This document shows, piece by piece, positions 9,101 to 16,159 of a stretch of DNA of 33,956 nucleotides. A program made the translations under genes and the position numbers. Origin of the DNA: a virus (Duplodnaviria > Caudoviricetes); IMG/VR virus record IMGVR_UViG_3300031647_000029, positions 1-33,956 of that record; one strand, given 5' to 3'. The notes below the pieces were generated by a model. It was not told the DNA's origin and searched no databases. It saw nothing but the letters and a program-made list of their open reading frames with translations. Each line of letters starts with the position of its first letter. The stretch's first letter is position 1.

Positions 9101-12100
9101 GCAGCATTATCCATTCTGCCTTTAATTCTTTGCAAAGTTCCTTCGCTTATAGTTCTAGTATTAACATCTCCTAAACCTTCTGTTAAATAAGTCTCTAACA
9201 TAGCACCTACTTCTATCATTTTTTCGTCACTAAAAGATCTATCCATTATAGCGTGTAGTATCTCATGACTTAAAGCAACAGAACCAGTTGTATAATCTTG
9301 GTCATACATAACCTTTTGAGCCGCGCCCATAATGTTTTGATTACTAGTAACAACCCATTGTTTTTCTCCTTTTGTGTAACTAGTAATAAAAGCAGAAACG
9401 CTGCCGTCATTTTTATTTAAATAATCTTGAATAAATTGACTAGCTTCTTCTTCGGTTGCAAAACCTTCGTTTTTCATAACCCACGTTAACAAACCTTTAT
9501 TAGTTATTTTATCTGAGTTTTCGTTAAGCTCTATTATTTCAATATCTGAATCTAAGCCTAGTGTTTTTAAGAAATTAACACCTTTAGTTAAACCTCCCAT
9601 AGTTTCAGACATGTAATCTGCAAAAGTAGTAAACTGATCACCTTTAGACTCAGGAACTATTCCTAGGTTAAGTATAGTATCTATTTCTAATTGTATAATA
9701 TCAAGGTTTTTCTTAGCGTTTGTTGCTCCGCTAGTCGCTCCTTGTTCCATTATCATGTTTCTTGATTGAAAAAGATCTTGAAGTCTTTTCCTAACGCTAA
9801 CATTTGATTTTAATCTTCTTTTAGCGCTATTACTTATAGATGTATTTTGATCAATACCTGCATTGATTTGATCTACAATTAAATTATTTTTTAAAATTCT
9901 ACTGAGATCTTGTTTTGTTATTTTTTTAGCATTAAACAATTTAGTAGCAAATTTTTTAACTTTTTCAGTGCTAAAACCTTGTCTAACTGCATAGTTTAAA
10001 TTTTTTAGTTTTTCAGCATTTTTAACAGCTGTATTATAATATTGTCCTGTTGAAACTTCTACAGCAACATTACTACTAGTACTACCAAGACCACCTAATA
10101 TTTCGTTATTAGTATCAATCCAAAACTTATCATCACTAAATCCTAAACCTTCTCCCCAAGCTAAAGCACCCATTTCTCCTAGTCCTTCTGTTGCGGCATC
10201 AGTACCTATAACACCTACTGTTGTTACTAATTTTTGAGAACCTGTTTTTAATGCTAAGTTTCTAACCTGCATTTGAGTTAACTTAACGCCAGCTATTGAC
10301 ATAGCAGCTATAGGTATACCTCTTTTTGTTCCTAGCTCAAAAGCTTTTTCTTGAACTTTTTCGTCAGATAATATTTCTAATATTTGATCTTTATTTGTCC
10401 AAAATGTTGATTCATCAAATCCTCTTTTTTTAGCTTCTTCTGTAGCTGTTATATTAAAAGCATTACCCATCTCCATGTTGAAGCCAGTTATAGCCTGCCA
10501 AGTTAATAAAGCATCTGCTGTACCAGAAAACGCTCCACCTCTTATAACACTACTAGTAACTCCTACGGCTGCGGCAGGCGCAATAGACTCACTAGACCAT
10601 CCAGTTGTAGAAAACTGACCCAAGGAAGCTATAACTAAATCAGCTATTATCTCAACAGGGTTTTGCCCTAGTAAAGCAAACTGTTGTTGTGGAGTTTTAG
10701 CTTTTTTATATCTAGACATGTTCTCAGTTGTCATAAGACCTCTAGAAGCTGCTTGATTTACTATTATTTTTTCTATAGCTTCAGGCATTTCACTGTCATC
10801 TGTTACGCCATATATAATTCTATAAAACTCTCGGTTATTTCTACCAGTAGCTCTAGTCATTGTCCAGTCGTTAAGTAAACCTCTAACTACGCTATCAACG
10901 TATTGCCCTTCGTAATTAGCAACTTCTGAATCATCTAAAGCTAAAGATAAATTTAAACCTTGTGAAGCTATTTTGTTAGACTTAGTTGATATAAGATCAA
11001 ACTCGCTTAAAACATCGTTAACTTCATTAACTTGTGTTTGTATAGCGTTGTATTGGTCGAATAAAGCGTTTACTTCATCTAATTCTTTTTGATTTTTAGC
11101 AACAAATTTACCATTTGTGAATACAGAAAGATCATCAGTATACTTAAACATTTGATCGGTTATTTCTTTAAACTGCTCATCAAAACCTGCTTCAAGTGCT
11201 TCTAGTTTTTCAGCGCTCCAACCCGTGTTAGTTAGTTCTGTAAACTTAGTAACCACTCTATCGTGAGCGTTTTGAAGCTTTTCATAATCAGCATTTAAAT
11301 TAGCTGTTTTGTATTTAGCAAAATCTTGTATAATTTTTTTGCTTTTATCCATCATGTCCATGTAGATAGGACTACTAAGTGATTCAGCTATTTTTTGTTG
11401 TCTAGCATTAACTTCTCCTTGTCTCGCGTCGTCTACTCCAAATATTCCTGTAAAATTTCCAGGTCTATAAGCAGTTCCTGCGCCTGTTCTAGTTCCAGTA
11501 TAATCAATACGACCGTCTTCAAATTCTTCAAAGTAATCTTCAAAATAAGGATTATCTTTTATTTCTTTTAGTTTTTCTTTATTTGAAACATCACGACCTA
11601 TACCATAAATTGGCTCGTTAATTGAACTACCTTTGCTGTCTAACATAGGTTTAGTAGGTATAGATAGTTCGTCTTCGTTTCTTAAACTATTCCAAACGGA
11701 AAGTATAGCATCTCTTTGTTCAAACTCAATAGCTAACTTAGCGTTTTCTACTTCTAACTCGTTAAACTTGTTCCAATCGTAACCTTGTTGAGTAAATATA
11801 ACCTGTTCTACAAAATCTGTAAAACTACTTTTACCGTCTTTAGCATTAAAATCAATATCAATTTCATTACCTAAAAAATTATATAAATTCTTTTTATTTT
11901 TTTTCTTATAATCTATAGCTTTGTTGTATTCAGCCATAATTCTGTTCATATCCCAAGTATTAATATCTTCTGGAATATTATAAGGAGTTTCTACATCTGT
12001 ATTTAAACCAGTAACATTGTCAAGTCCTTGTATTTTGTTAATATCAATTTCAACAGGAGGGGCTAAAGCGAAATCGCTTATATCTCTAACGTTTCTAGCA

Positions 12101-12375
12101 ATTTCTACGTCTTTTGGATAATCAATCGTGCCAAATTCATCACCTCTTGGTACACCTACAGAAGTCGGCGTGTTGGAGTCCAAAGAAATATCCAGCGAAG
12201 GTAACTCCCCAACTTCGCTGTCTAGCTTTCCCACTTCATCTAACCCTAAGTTAGTTGATTTAAAGCTATCTTTAAGTGCTTTTATTTGAATGTCCATGTC
12301 AACAGCTTTAGTTTCTTTTAACTTAGCTCTAAGGGCACTTATTTGTTTTAATTGTGAAAATGTATAATCTGCCAT
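3145..12375 (-). CDS. Giant (3076 aa) multidomain virion cargo/ejection protein: membrane-like region, zincin HExxH, sigma region-2-like, HAD phosphatase, C-terminal helical domain
   Basis: Lies after the muzzle and two smaller cargo genes. Motifs: HEILH (aa 1037-1041), DFISE...NFDPSENDNLAAWI, and the HAD set IFDFDDTL / LTARP / K / FADD. Confidence 0.85.
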   Translation of the reverse strand: MADYTFSQLKQISALRAKLKETKAVDMDIQIKALKDSFKSTNLGLDEVGKLDSEVGELPSLDISLDSNTPTSVGVPRGDEFGTIDYPKDVEIARNVRDISDFALAPPVEIDINKIQGLDNVTGLNTDVETPYNIPEDINTWDMNRIMAEYNKAIDYKKKNKKNLYNFLGNEIDIDFNAKDGKSSFTDFVEQVIFTQQGYDWNKFNELEVENAKLAIEFEQRDAILSVWNSLRNEDELSIPTKPMLDSKGSSINEPIYGIGRDVSNKEKLKEIKDNPYFEDYFEEFEDGRIDYTGTRTGAGTAYRPGNFTGIFGVDDARQGEVNARQQKIAESLSSPIYMDMMDKSKKIIQDFAKYKTANLNADYEKLQNAHDRVVTKFTELTNTGWSAEKLEALEAGFDEQFKEITDQMFKYTDDLSVFTNGKFVAKNQKELDEVNALFDQYNAIQTQVNEVNDVLSEFDLISTKSNKIASQGLNLSLALDDSEVANYEGQYVDSVVRGLLNDWTMTRATGRNNREFYRIIYGVTDDSEMPEAIEKIIVNQAASRGLMTTENMSRYKKAKTPQQQFALLGQNPVEIIADLVIASLGQFSTTGWSSESIAPAAAVGVTSSVIRGGAFSGTADALLTWQAITGFNMEMGNAFNITATEEAKKRGFDESTFWTNKDQILEILSDEKVQEKAFELGTKRGIPIAAMSIAGVKLTQMQVRNLALKTGSQKLVTTVGVIGTDAATEGLGEMGALAWGEGLGFSDDKFWIDTNNEILGGLGSTSSNVAVEVSTGQYYNTAVKNAEKLKNLNYAVRQGFSTEKVKKFATKLFNAKKITKQDLSRILKNNLIVDQINAGIDQNTSISNSAKRRLKSNVSVRKRLQDLFQSRNMIMEQGATSGATNAKKNLDIIQLEIDTILNLGIVPESKGDQFTTFADYMSETMGGLTKGVNFLKTLGLDSDIEIIELNENSDKITNKGLLTWVMKNEGFATEEEASQFIQDYLNKNDGSVSAFITSYTKGEKQWVVTSNQNIMGAAQKVMYDQDYTTGSVALSHEILHAIMDRSFSDEKMIEVGAMLETYLTEGLGDVNTRTISEGTLQRIKGRMDNAAKKYGKGSANYYQELFTSISDEMQLKNITWERADKKFYQDFADKITDFYKYTLGMTPDVINGANISTGKQAFDFLKDYNNSFLRGGRGTNLNTDGGTFSSNTSLRDSEINAVASGIMGGVNVMKNKSMSKAEWKKISNDVIGEIYPMLDKIVGARITEKMTRTPDFSRQDFISETKIELIPHIRNFDPSENDNLAAWIKSQAVNKGKNALNSGNTTSKVFSGELNDKNVGTLIDDDVYTEEQQKTWFELLDIKEDNPVYKKAIESTITALGSRLPMISQNEFKKQLQASFENSLYDVVFSDFFGHVDNEKGKGNLTRFTNALKKHGEAIYEKLDQSIINRRYNQFKVLISERASTKQSDLSPSVKNRTAGNQVNTRKPYDQTEFIEYFTKSQTRKESLAKTLAAEFGFDATIDVMQNNPEARNRFEGIQEITNDDQLEIYAAVLAKAINRPTPSFRDSEVLGKLQDLGYNPSVFDQDFSLMPETVQDLLRNELQEFIGDVELNNTGFVDNIGSMENLDIITENYLKEKGYNLIYKEYWLDSKGKRIQIGEKIVPEKNGDLNWTNGKLVPEYSYRYIVKSEAMENYVDKFVFKAIGFIPHDQINASENVANQQSNFIKQVLEHNVGSIRSGIYATNVAMYDFNGELLTEELQMALSQEQHAELVEHSKKVYKEKRKSAINKALNNKTKASPETIALWDKFNINKIILGNKSAGKLGHILSIAKDIANKDLSAIEKIAELRRTIGTKGIAAIKMGKIFMKAYHSSLNDMIDSQVKAGMSRAEAVNNAINNLQKTTNAVFSARAYAAFSSFHFVDGKQNIDDKFTGWKGEHVDDSSTVTSSIIKSYLQDTYIQDIDGILSGFEQSFLLNKMADTLDKLGGRNSPLGNLRFLLDGGKIGKTVYDLITGKNMYEVAMEEFSQRLKIETGYEVTLSNESSLRNSETIGDGKIRIFDFDDTLARSKSKVTVTMPESVQSVTNTGDAKKVINTVYESVINSVANNNNIKTISFSSEFSEKSRVKLYNSLANKLSKDLGWKLEVFETVDSTGSTDVITSEDFTLNKGKDAKKIKSNKNAIKFKKDIADNLKSSFNINGKTYDVSLDFIGEGDYNLEFSLRGKSKGKTYKINATEFAKQSADLEAQGAKFDFSEFNKVIKGKKGPLFEVAEAIQEKRGTENVFVLTARPQAAATAIKDFLDGVGLNIPIENITGLEDGKPEAKASWIEGKIAEGYNDFYFADDAIKNVAAVKDLLDKYDVKGTTQLAKLRNSETLNQNFNQILFDVSKIPTDEVFSEQRAKRTDVIIKQNKFFLPPAAEDFEGLIYQFLGKGKIGEEQMAWFEDNLMKPFGRGINAMNVARMRVKNQYEAIKAKHPLISGYTKIAKVPFYRNSLLNKETDYSGFTYGDATRVYMWNKAGYEIPGLSDTDIKKLIGIVEDNQELKDYADQTFNLFAEGYVKPDETWEVGNIDSDIQNAATTTNRNLYLKEFLENSDSIFGPINGIGLLTGPTANKISAIFGMDFLEALSDSIYRMRTGRHRAMGTSKIVNGFMNWINNSIAVVMFVNGRSAILQSISNLNFLNWTDNNPAKAALAVANFPQFLSDFVRIFNSDFLKSRRSGNKFDVSADEIAAYVKGKGNKVKAMFNWFMRNGFVLTQMVDSWAIASGGAAFFRNRTQTYQAEGFSLLEAEEKAFFDMQENAEKSQQSSRPDKISSQQAGSLGRLVLAFANTPMQYNRLMKKAYLDAKNGRGDLKTNLSKIAYYGLAQNYIFNALQQALFAVLFDDEDPCEGKVGKELEKCQKAQESMLEKNLSIANSMLDSILRGSGVYGAVGATIKNMMWEARKQSKKDRPKYVKVAEKALSISPPISSKYQRLKGAGLAVDYNKEEMMALGLDIDNPAILATGQVISAVTNFPIDRIITKVDNVRTALEEDTKTWQSIFLMAGWDQYSLDINKYELPEAKKQIVQDYKDKLKEEKNEGKPSKKKKRKLIINNP
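12140..12232 (-). other. Candidate programmed -1 ribosomal frameshift cassette
   Basis: In-frame G GGA AAG (12232-12226), 5-nt spacer, perfect 8-bp stem CAGCGAAG/CTTCGCTG, loop able to pair with downstream GACTCC, and a -1 frame stop at 12142-12140. Confidence 0.65.
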
Positions 12376-12386
12376 TTTATTTTTAT

Positions 12387-14039
12387 TTAGTTACCTGCTG
12401 CAACGTTTCTAACTCGTTTCATTTTTTTGTTGTAATCTTCTTGAGTTATATCTCCTTCTTTTAAACTTATATCATATTGATCTTTATATGTACTAATAAA
12501 CTTATCTATGTATACTTGAGCTTGTTGCTTGAATTTTTTTCTTTCTCCTACTCCGCTTTGTTTGTCACCTAACCAATCTAATAATGAAAACACGTTTGTA
12601 GCCCTATTAGTCTTAATAGTCTCCCAGTTTGGATCACCTGGTTCTTTTTGAAAGAAAAATTTATCCTTTAAATCAGCACCTAATTTGTTAGCTTCTTCAA
12701 TACCATCATTGTTTGTAATATATCTTTTATATTCCTCAAAACTATACACCGTTTGCTTATCGCTCTGTGGATTTAAATTGTTTAACATATTAGCAACAGG
12801 CGTTCGGTCATTCTTATCTATTGTACCCATTGTATCTAAATCAAAATCTACTTCTGGATCAATAAAAAAGTCAACTAAATTACCCATGTTTATGAAATCA
12901 GGATTATTAACATCAGGCGTGAAAACCTCTTCTGTTTCTATTTTAAACTTAGTATTATCTTTATCCCAGTTAGATTGCTCAGGATAAGATGGTGTCCATT
13001 TACCATCCTTCATTTGTATCATATTACTTTTTTCAAAATAACTATCAATAACATATCCTACTAAAAAGTCTTTAGCATTTTCATATTGTTCGCTTGATTT
13101 ACCGTCTTTACCTATAATGCTCCAGTTTTTAAACCTAGGATCATCTATAGCTATGTCTCTCATTCCACCTCCAATAACAGTTGTACCATCAGTATCGAAT
13201 TGTGTAGGCATCCAATCAGCAAATACAGAACTCATTAAAGGATTCTTCATAAACTCATTCATTCCTTGTCCTGTTAATTCGCTTTTTAAATACTTAGTTA
13301 AAGCATCTACATCGTAATATTTTATATCTTTGTTTTCATTAGGTTCAACTACAAAGCTACCGTCTTTAGTAAGAGGCTTTGCAAAAGCATCTATGTTTAA
13401 ATCTTGAATTGTTGCCGCTGGAATAACCACTGTATTCATCTTGGATCTTAGTATTTCATATTCATCTAAGCCTAGTTGATAATCCCAGTTTTCCGTTTTA
13501 CCAGTTGCTTCATCGCGTAATAAACCTGCTCCTACTAAAGCTAGTTTACCGTTTACGTCTTTTAAAGTTACAGCACCTGAATCTTTCCAAAGCTCATTAA
13601 AAAGCATTCTTATATCAGGATCATTAAGTTTAGATAATTTATTAGAACCATTAGGGCCTAAATCTTTAAAATATAAAGCATCAGTTGCTAGCATGTTTTT
13701 TACTCTACCGTATTGACTTAAACCTTTTTCTTTAGCCATAATTAATTGAGCTCCTAAAGAAGGATCTAGTTCACCTGAGTCAATTTGATTTTTTAAATCA
13801 TATATATCATTAGCATCTCCCATAAAATAATCTTTAACGTTTCCATCAAAAGTTTTTTTATCTATATCAAACTTACTTAATTCTCTGTACTGCTCATATT
13901 GATTTCTGGCTTCGCTAGCATCTACTAATCTTTGTCTTTCAGTCAAAGCAGAAGCTCCATAGTTTATTAAACTATTAGCTATTTTTTCTGCAGCAGCAGG
14001 ATCAAAAGGTTTTATTGATTTGTATTGTGGATATTCCAT
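12387..14039 (-). CDS. Putative internal virion/ejection protein (550 aa)
   Basis: Middle gene of a small-medium-giant trio after the nozzle genes, as in podovirus ejectosome clusters; no recognised motif. Confidence 0.6.
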   Translation of the reverse strand: MEYPQYKSIKPFDPAAAEKIANSLINYGASALTERQRLVDASEARNQYEQYRELSKFDIDKKTFDGNVKDYFMGDANDIYDLKNQIDSGELDPSLGAQLIMAKEKGLSQYGRVKNMLATDALYFKDLGPNGSNKLSKLNDPDIRMLFNELWKDSGAVTLKDVNGKLALVGAGLLRDEATGKTENWDYQLGLDEYEILRSKMNTVVIPAATIQDLNIDAFAKPLTKDGSFVVEPNENKDIKYYDVDALTKYLKSELTGQGMNEFMKNPLMSSVFADWMPTQFDTDGTTVIGGGMRDIAIDDPRFKNWSIIGKDGKSSEQYENAKDFLVGYVIDSYFEKSNMIQMKDGKWTPSYPEQSNWDKDNTKFKIETEEVFTPDVNNPDFINMGNLVDFFIDPEVDFDLDTMGTIDKNDRTPVANMLNNLNPQSDKQTVYSFEEYKRYITNNDGIEEANKLGADLKDKFFFQKEPGDPNWETIKTNRATNVFSLLDWLGDKQSGVGERKKFKQQAQVYIDKFISTYKDQYDISLKEGDITQEDYNKKMKRVRNVAAGN

Positions 14040-14054
14040 ATTTTGTATTTTATT

Positions 14055-14735
14055 TTATAATAAGCTTCCTAAACCTTGCATGAATCCCATTGCTGAACCT
14101 AGTCCTTGCGACTCTGCCATTTGCGAGTTTTGATTAGCTTGCGACAATTGGCCTAATGCTACTTGCATATCTGAATTTGCTCTGTTCTCTAATAGTTCAG
14201 TTTCAAACGCTATACCAGCAGCTTCCGCTTGTTGTACTCTTTGACCTTCTCCTATATCTATTGATTGTATTCTTGATTTTTCTGAAACTTTAGCTCTTTG
14301 TAGCTCTTGTTCTCCTTGTGCTTTTAGTTTTTCATTTTGAGCTTCTTGCTGTTCTAAGTTAGCTGATACTCCTTTTTTACTTCTAAGTGCTGCTTGTGCT
14401 AAAGCAGTTGCTCCACCGGCACTTGCGCCACTTGATCTTAATGTATCTAAAGTATTTGCTAAAGCTAAGTCTGCTTCTTCAGCTTGCATCTCAGCTGCTT
14501 GAGTAGCAACGCCAATGCTTTGAAAAGGATTTGACATCATAGCCGAAAGATCTGTAGCTAAGCCTGATAAATTTGTAGTATTTATGTACGGATTTGTAGC
14601 GGTAGGTCTACTAGCTTTAGCGCTGTCGATAGCTGCTTGAGCTACTCTAGCGTCTTGCTCGTATTGAGCTTGTTTTCTTTTAGCGCCTATCATTCCGACT
14701 CCCGCCGCTGCTACACTCATTATTTGTCCCCACAT
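14055..14735 (-). CDS. Putative small ejection (pilot-like) protein (226 aa)
   Basis: Gly/Ala-rich hydrophobic termini (MWGQIMSVAAAGVGMIG; GLGSAMGFMQGLGSLL), Gln/Ala-rich coiled coil, central GASAGGATALAQAA. Confidence 0.65.
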   Translation of the reverse strand: MWGQIMSVAAAGVGMIGAKRKQAQYEQDARVAQAAIDSAKASRPTATNPYINTTNLSGLATDLSAMMSNPFQSIGVATQAAEMQAEEADLALANTLDTLRSSGASAGGATALAQAALRSKKGVSANLEQQEAQNEKLKAQGEQELQRAKVSEKSRIQSIDIGEGQRVQQAEAAGIAFETELLENRANSDMQVALGQLSQANQNSQMAESQGLGSAMGFMQGLGSLL

Positions 14736-14750
14736 ATTTTATGTTTTATA

Positions 14751-16130
14751 TTATCTTAAATTGTATGTTGCCCCTACTGAAAATATTCTTTTAATAGAAG
14801 TTGTATTTGTGTTTCCGTCTGTTCTCATTGTTACATCTATATAATAACCTTTCGTACCCATTAATGAATCACCAAAAAGTACTTCTCCTATTTGAGGAGG
14901 TGTGTTGTTTTTTATACTTGCAACATATTTGTTTTGTTTTCTATCAAAACCTTCGTAATACTGTATTCCACCATCTTCATAACCACCGTCATTGTAACTT
15001 AATATACCTGATGCAGTGTCTTGATAACTACTCCATCCGCCGTCAAAAAAGTTTTGACCAGTAGATTCAGAAGCTAAATTAATTACTTCCCATCCATTAG
15101 TCCCTTCGTAATTTATAGTATTAAAAGTTTTCATTCTAGTTGGTTCAGGGTTTACAACTAATTTTAAAGTTGAAAGTCTGCTACCACCTGCATAAAATTT
15201 ATTAGGTTGAGCTGGGTTTTGATAATGTAAAAATAATTTATCATTTCTTATAGAATAAAAATCTCCTTGCACACTGAATATAAAATAAGGATCAAACGTG
15301 AAAAAGCTAGTCCAACCTAAAACTCTTTCGTCAAAAGATAAAGTCCTATAAGGAAGTGATTCAGGTTGTAAAGATATAACATAATTTTGGTTGTATATAT
15401 CAAATCCACCTATCACTTTACCAGTTCCTGTGTTTCTTTGAACAAGTCTCAACTGGTCTCTAAAAAAGTCTGACATACCATAATTAGATATTTCAGTTAT
15501 ACCATCGTTAGATAGCCTTAAAACAGCGTTCCTATCAGCGTCAGCAAAGTATTTTCTAGTACCGTAAACCGCAAAAGACTCTGGGTTCCTACTAATACCA
15601 TACTCACCTCTGTAAGCTATGATTTGACCTATCACTAGGTTAGCTGTAGTTGTTATAGATGCGCCTTCTGCAGAGTATATAGCATCTTTATCTATCAATG
15701 CTCTGTTTACTTTGCGCTCTTGAAAAATTATTAAATTTGTATCTTCAGAATATAATTTCTGTATAGAACCATTTATAGGATCTACGCTTCTTGTTATTTC
15801 TTCTGCTACACTAAATTGATTGGTTTGATTTATACCTGTTCTAGAATTAAAAACTCCAGAATATATAAGACTACTAGCTCTTCTTGACTGAGCCGCTGTG
15901 TCTTCTACTATGTAAGCTTTAACTCCAAAATCAACAGTAGTATTATTGTAACCACCTCTAATTCTAGATTCTTCAATATACCAGTCGCTTTCTATCCTTA
16001 ATCCAACAGGTACTGTAGCAGAAGGATCAACAGCATAGGCAGCAGATGAAGAAATCTGAGGCATAGCTTCACTTGCTAATCTCTTTACTGTAAAGGTGTT
16101 AAAATAACTTAATTCTATCGTTGCTCCCAT
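14751..16130 (-). CDS. Tail muzzle/nozzle protein, C-terminal beta-propeller part (crAss-like)
   Basis: LIYSGVFNSRTGINQTNQF, GSIQKL, YGISRNPESFA, YFAD...VLRLSNDGITEISNYGM and GWTSFF propeller-type motifs. Confidence 0.7.
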   Translation of the reverse strand: MGATIELSYFNTFTVKRLASEAMPQISSSAAYAVDPSATVPVGLRIESDWYIEESRIRGGYNNTTVDFGVKAYIVEDTAAQSRRASSLIYSGVFNSRTGINQTNQFSVAEEITRSVDPINGSIQKLYSEDTNLIIFQERKVNRALIDKDAIYSAEGASITTTANLVIGQIIAYRGEYGISRNPESFAVYGTRKYFADADRNAVLRLSNDGITEISNYGMSDFFRDQLRLVQRNTGTGKVIGGFDIYNQNYVISLQPESLPYRTLSFDERVLGWTSFFTFDPYFIFSVQGDFYSIRNDKLFLHYQNPAQPNKFYAGGSRLSTLKLVVNPEPTRMKTFNTINYEGTNGWEVINLASESTGQNFFDGGWSSYQDTASGILSYNDGGYEDGGIQYYEGFDRKQNKYVASIKNNTPPQIGEVLFGDSLMGTKGYYIDVTMRTDGNTNTTSIKRIFSVGATYNLR

Positions 16131-16159
16131 ATTATATTATCACTTGTTTTTACTTATTA

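Noticed and set aside
12834-12848. DFDLD in the 550-aa protein resembles the DFDID catalytic motif of crAss-like virion RNA polymerases
   Set aside because: The protein is far too small, the motif lacks the G-x-DFD-x-DK context, and it sits in an acidic low-complexity stretch; probably coincidental. No such motif was seen in the 3076-aa protein either.
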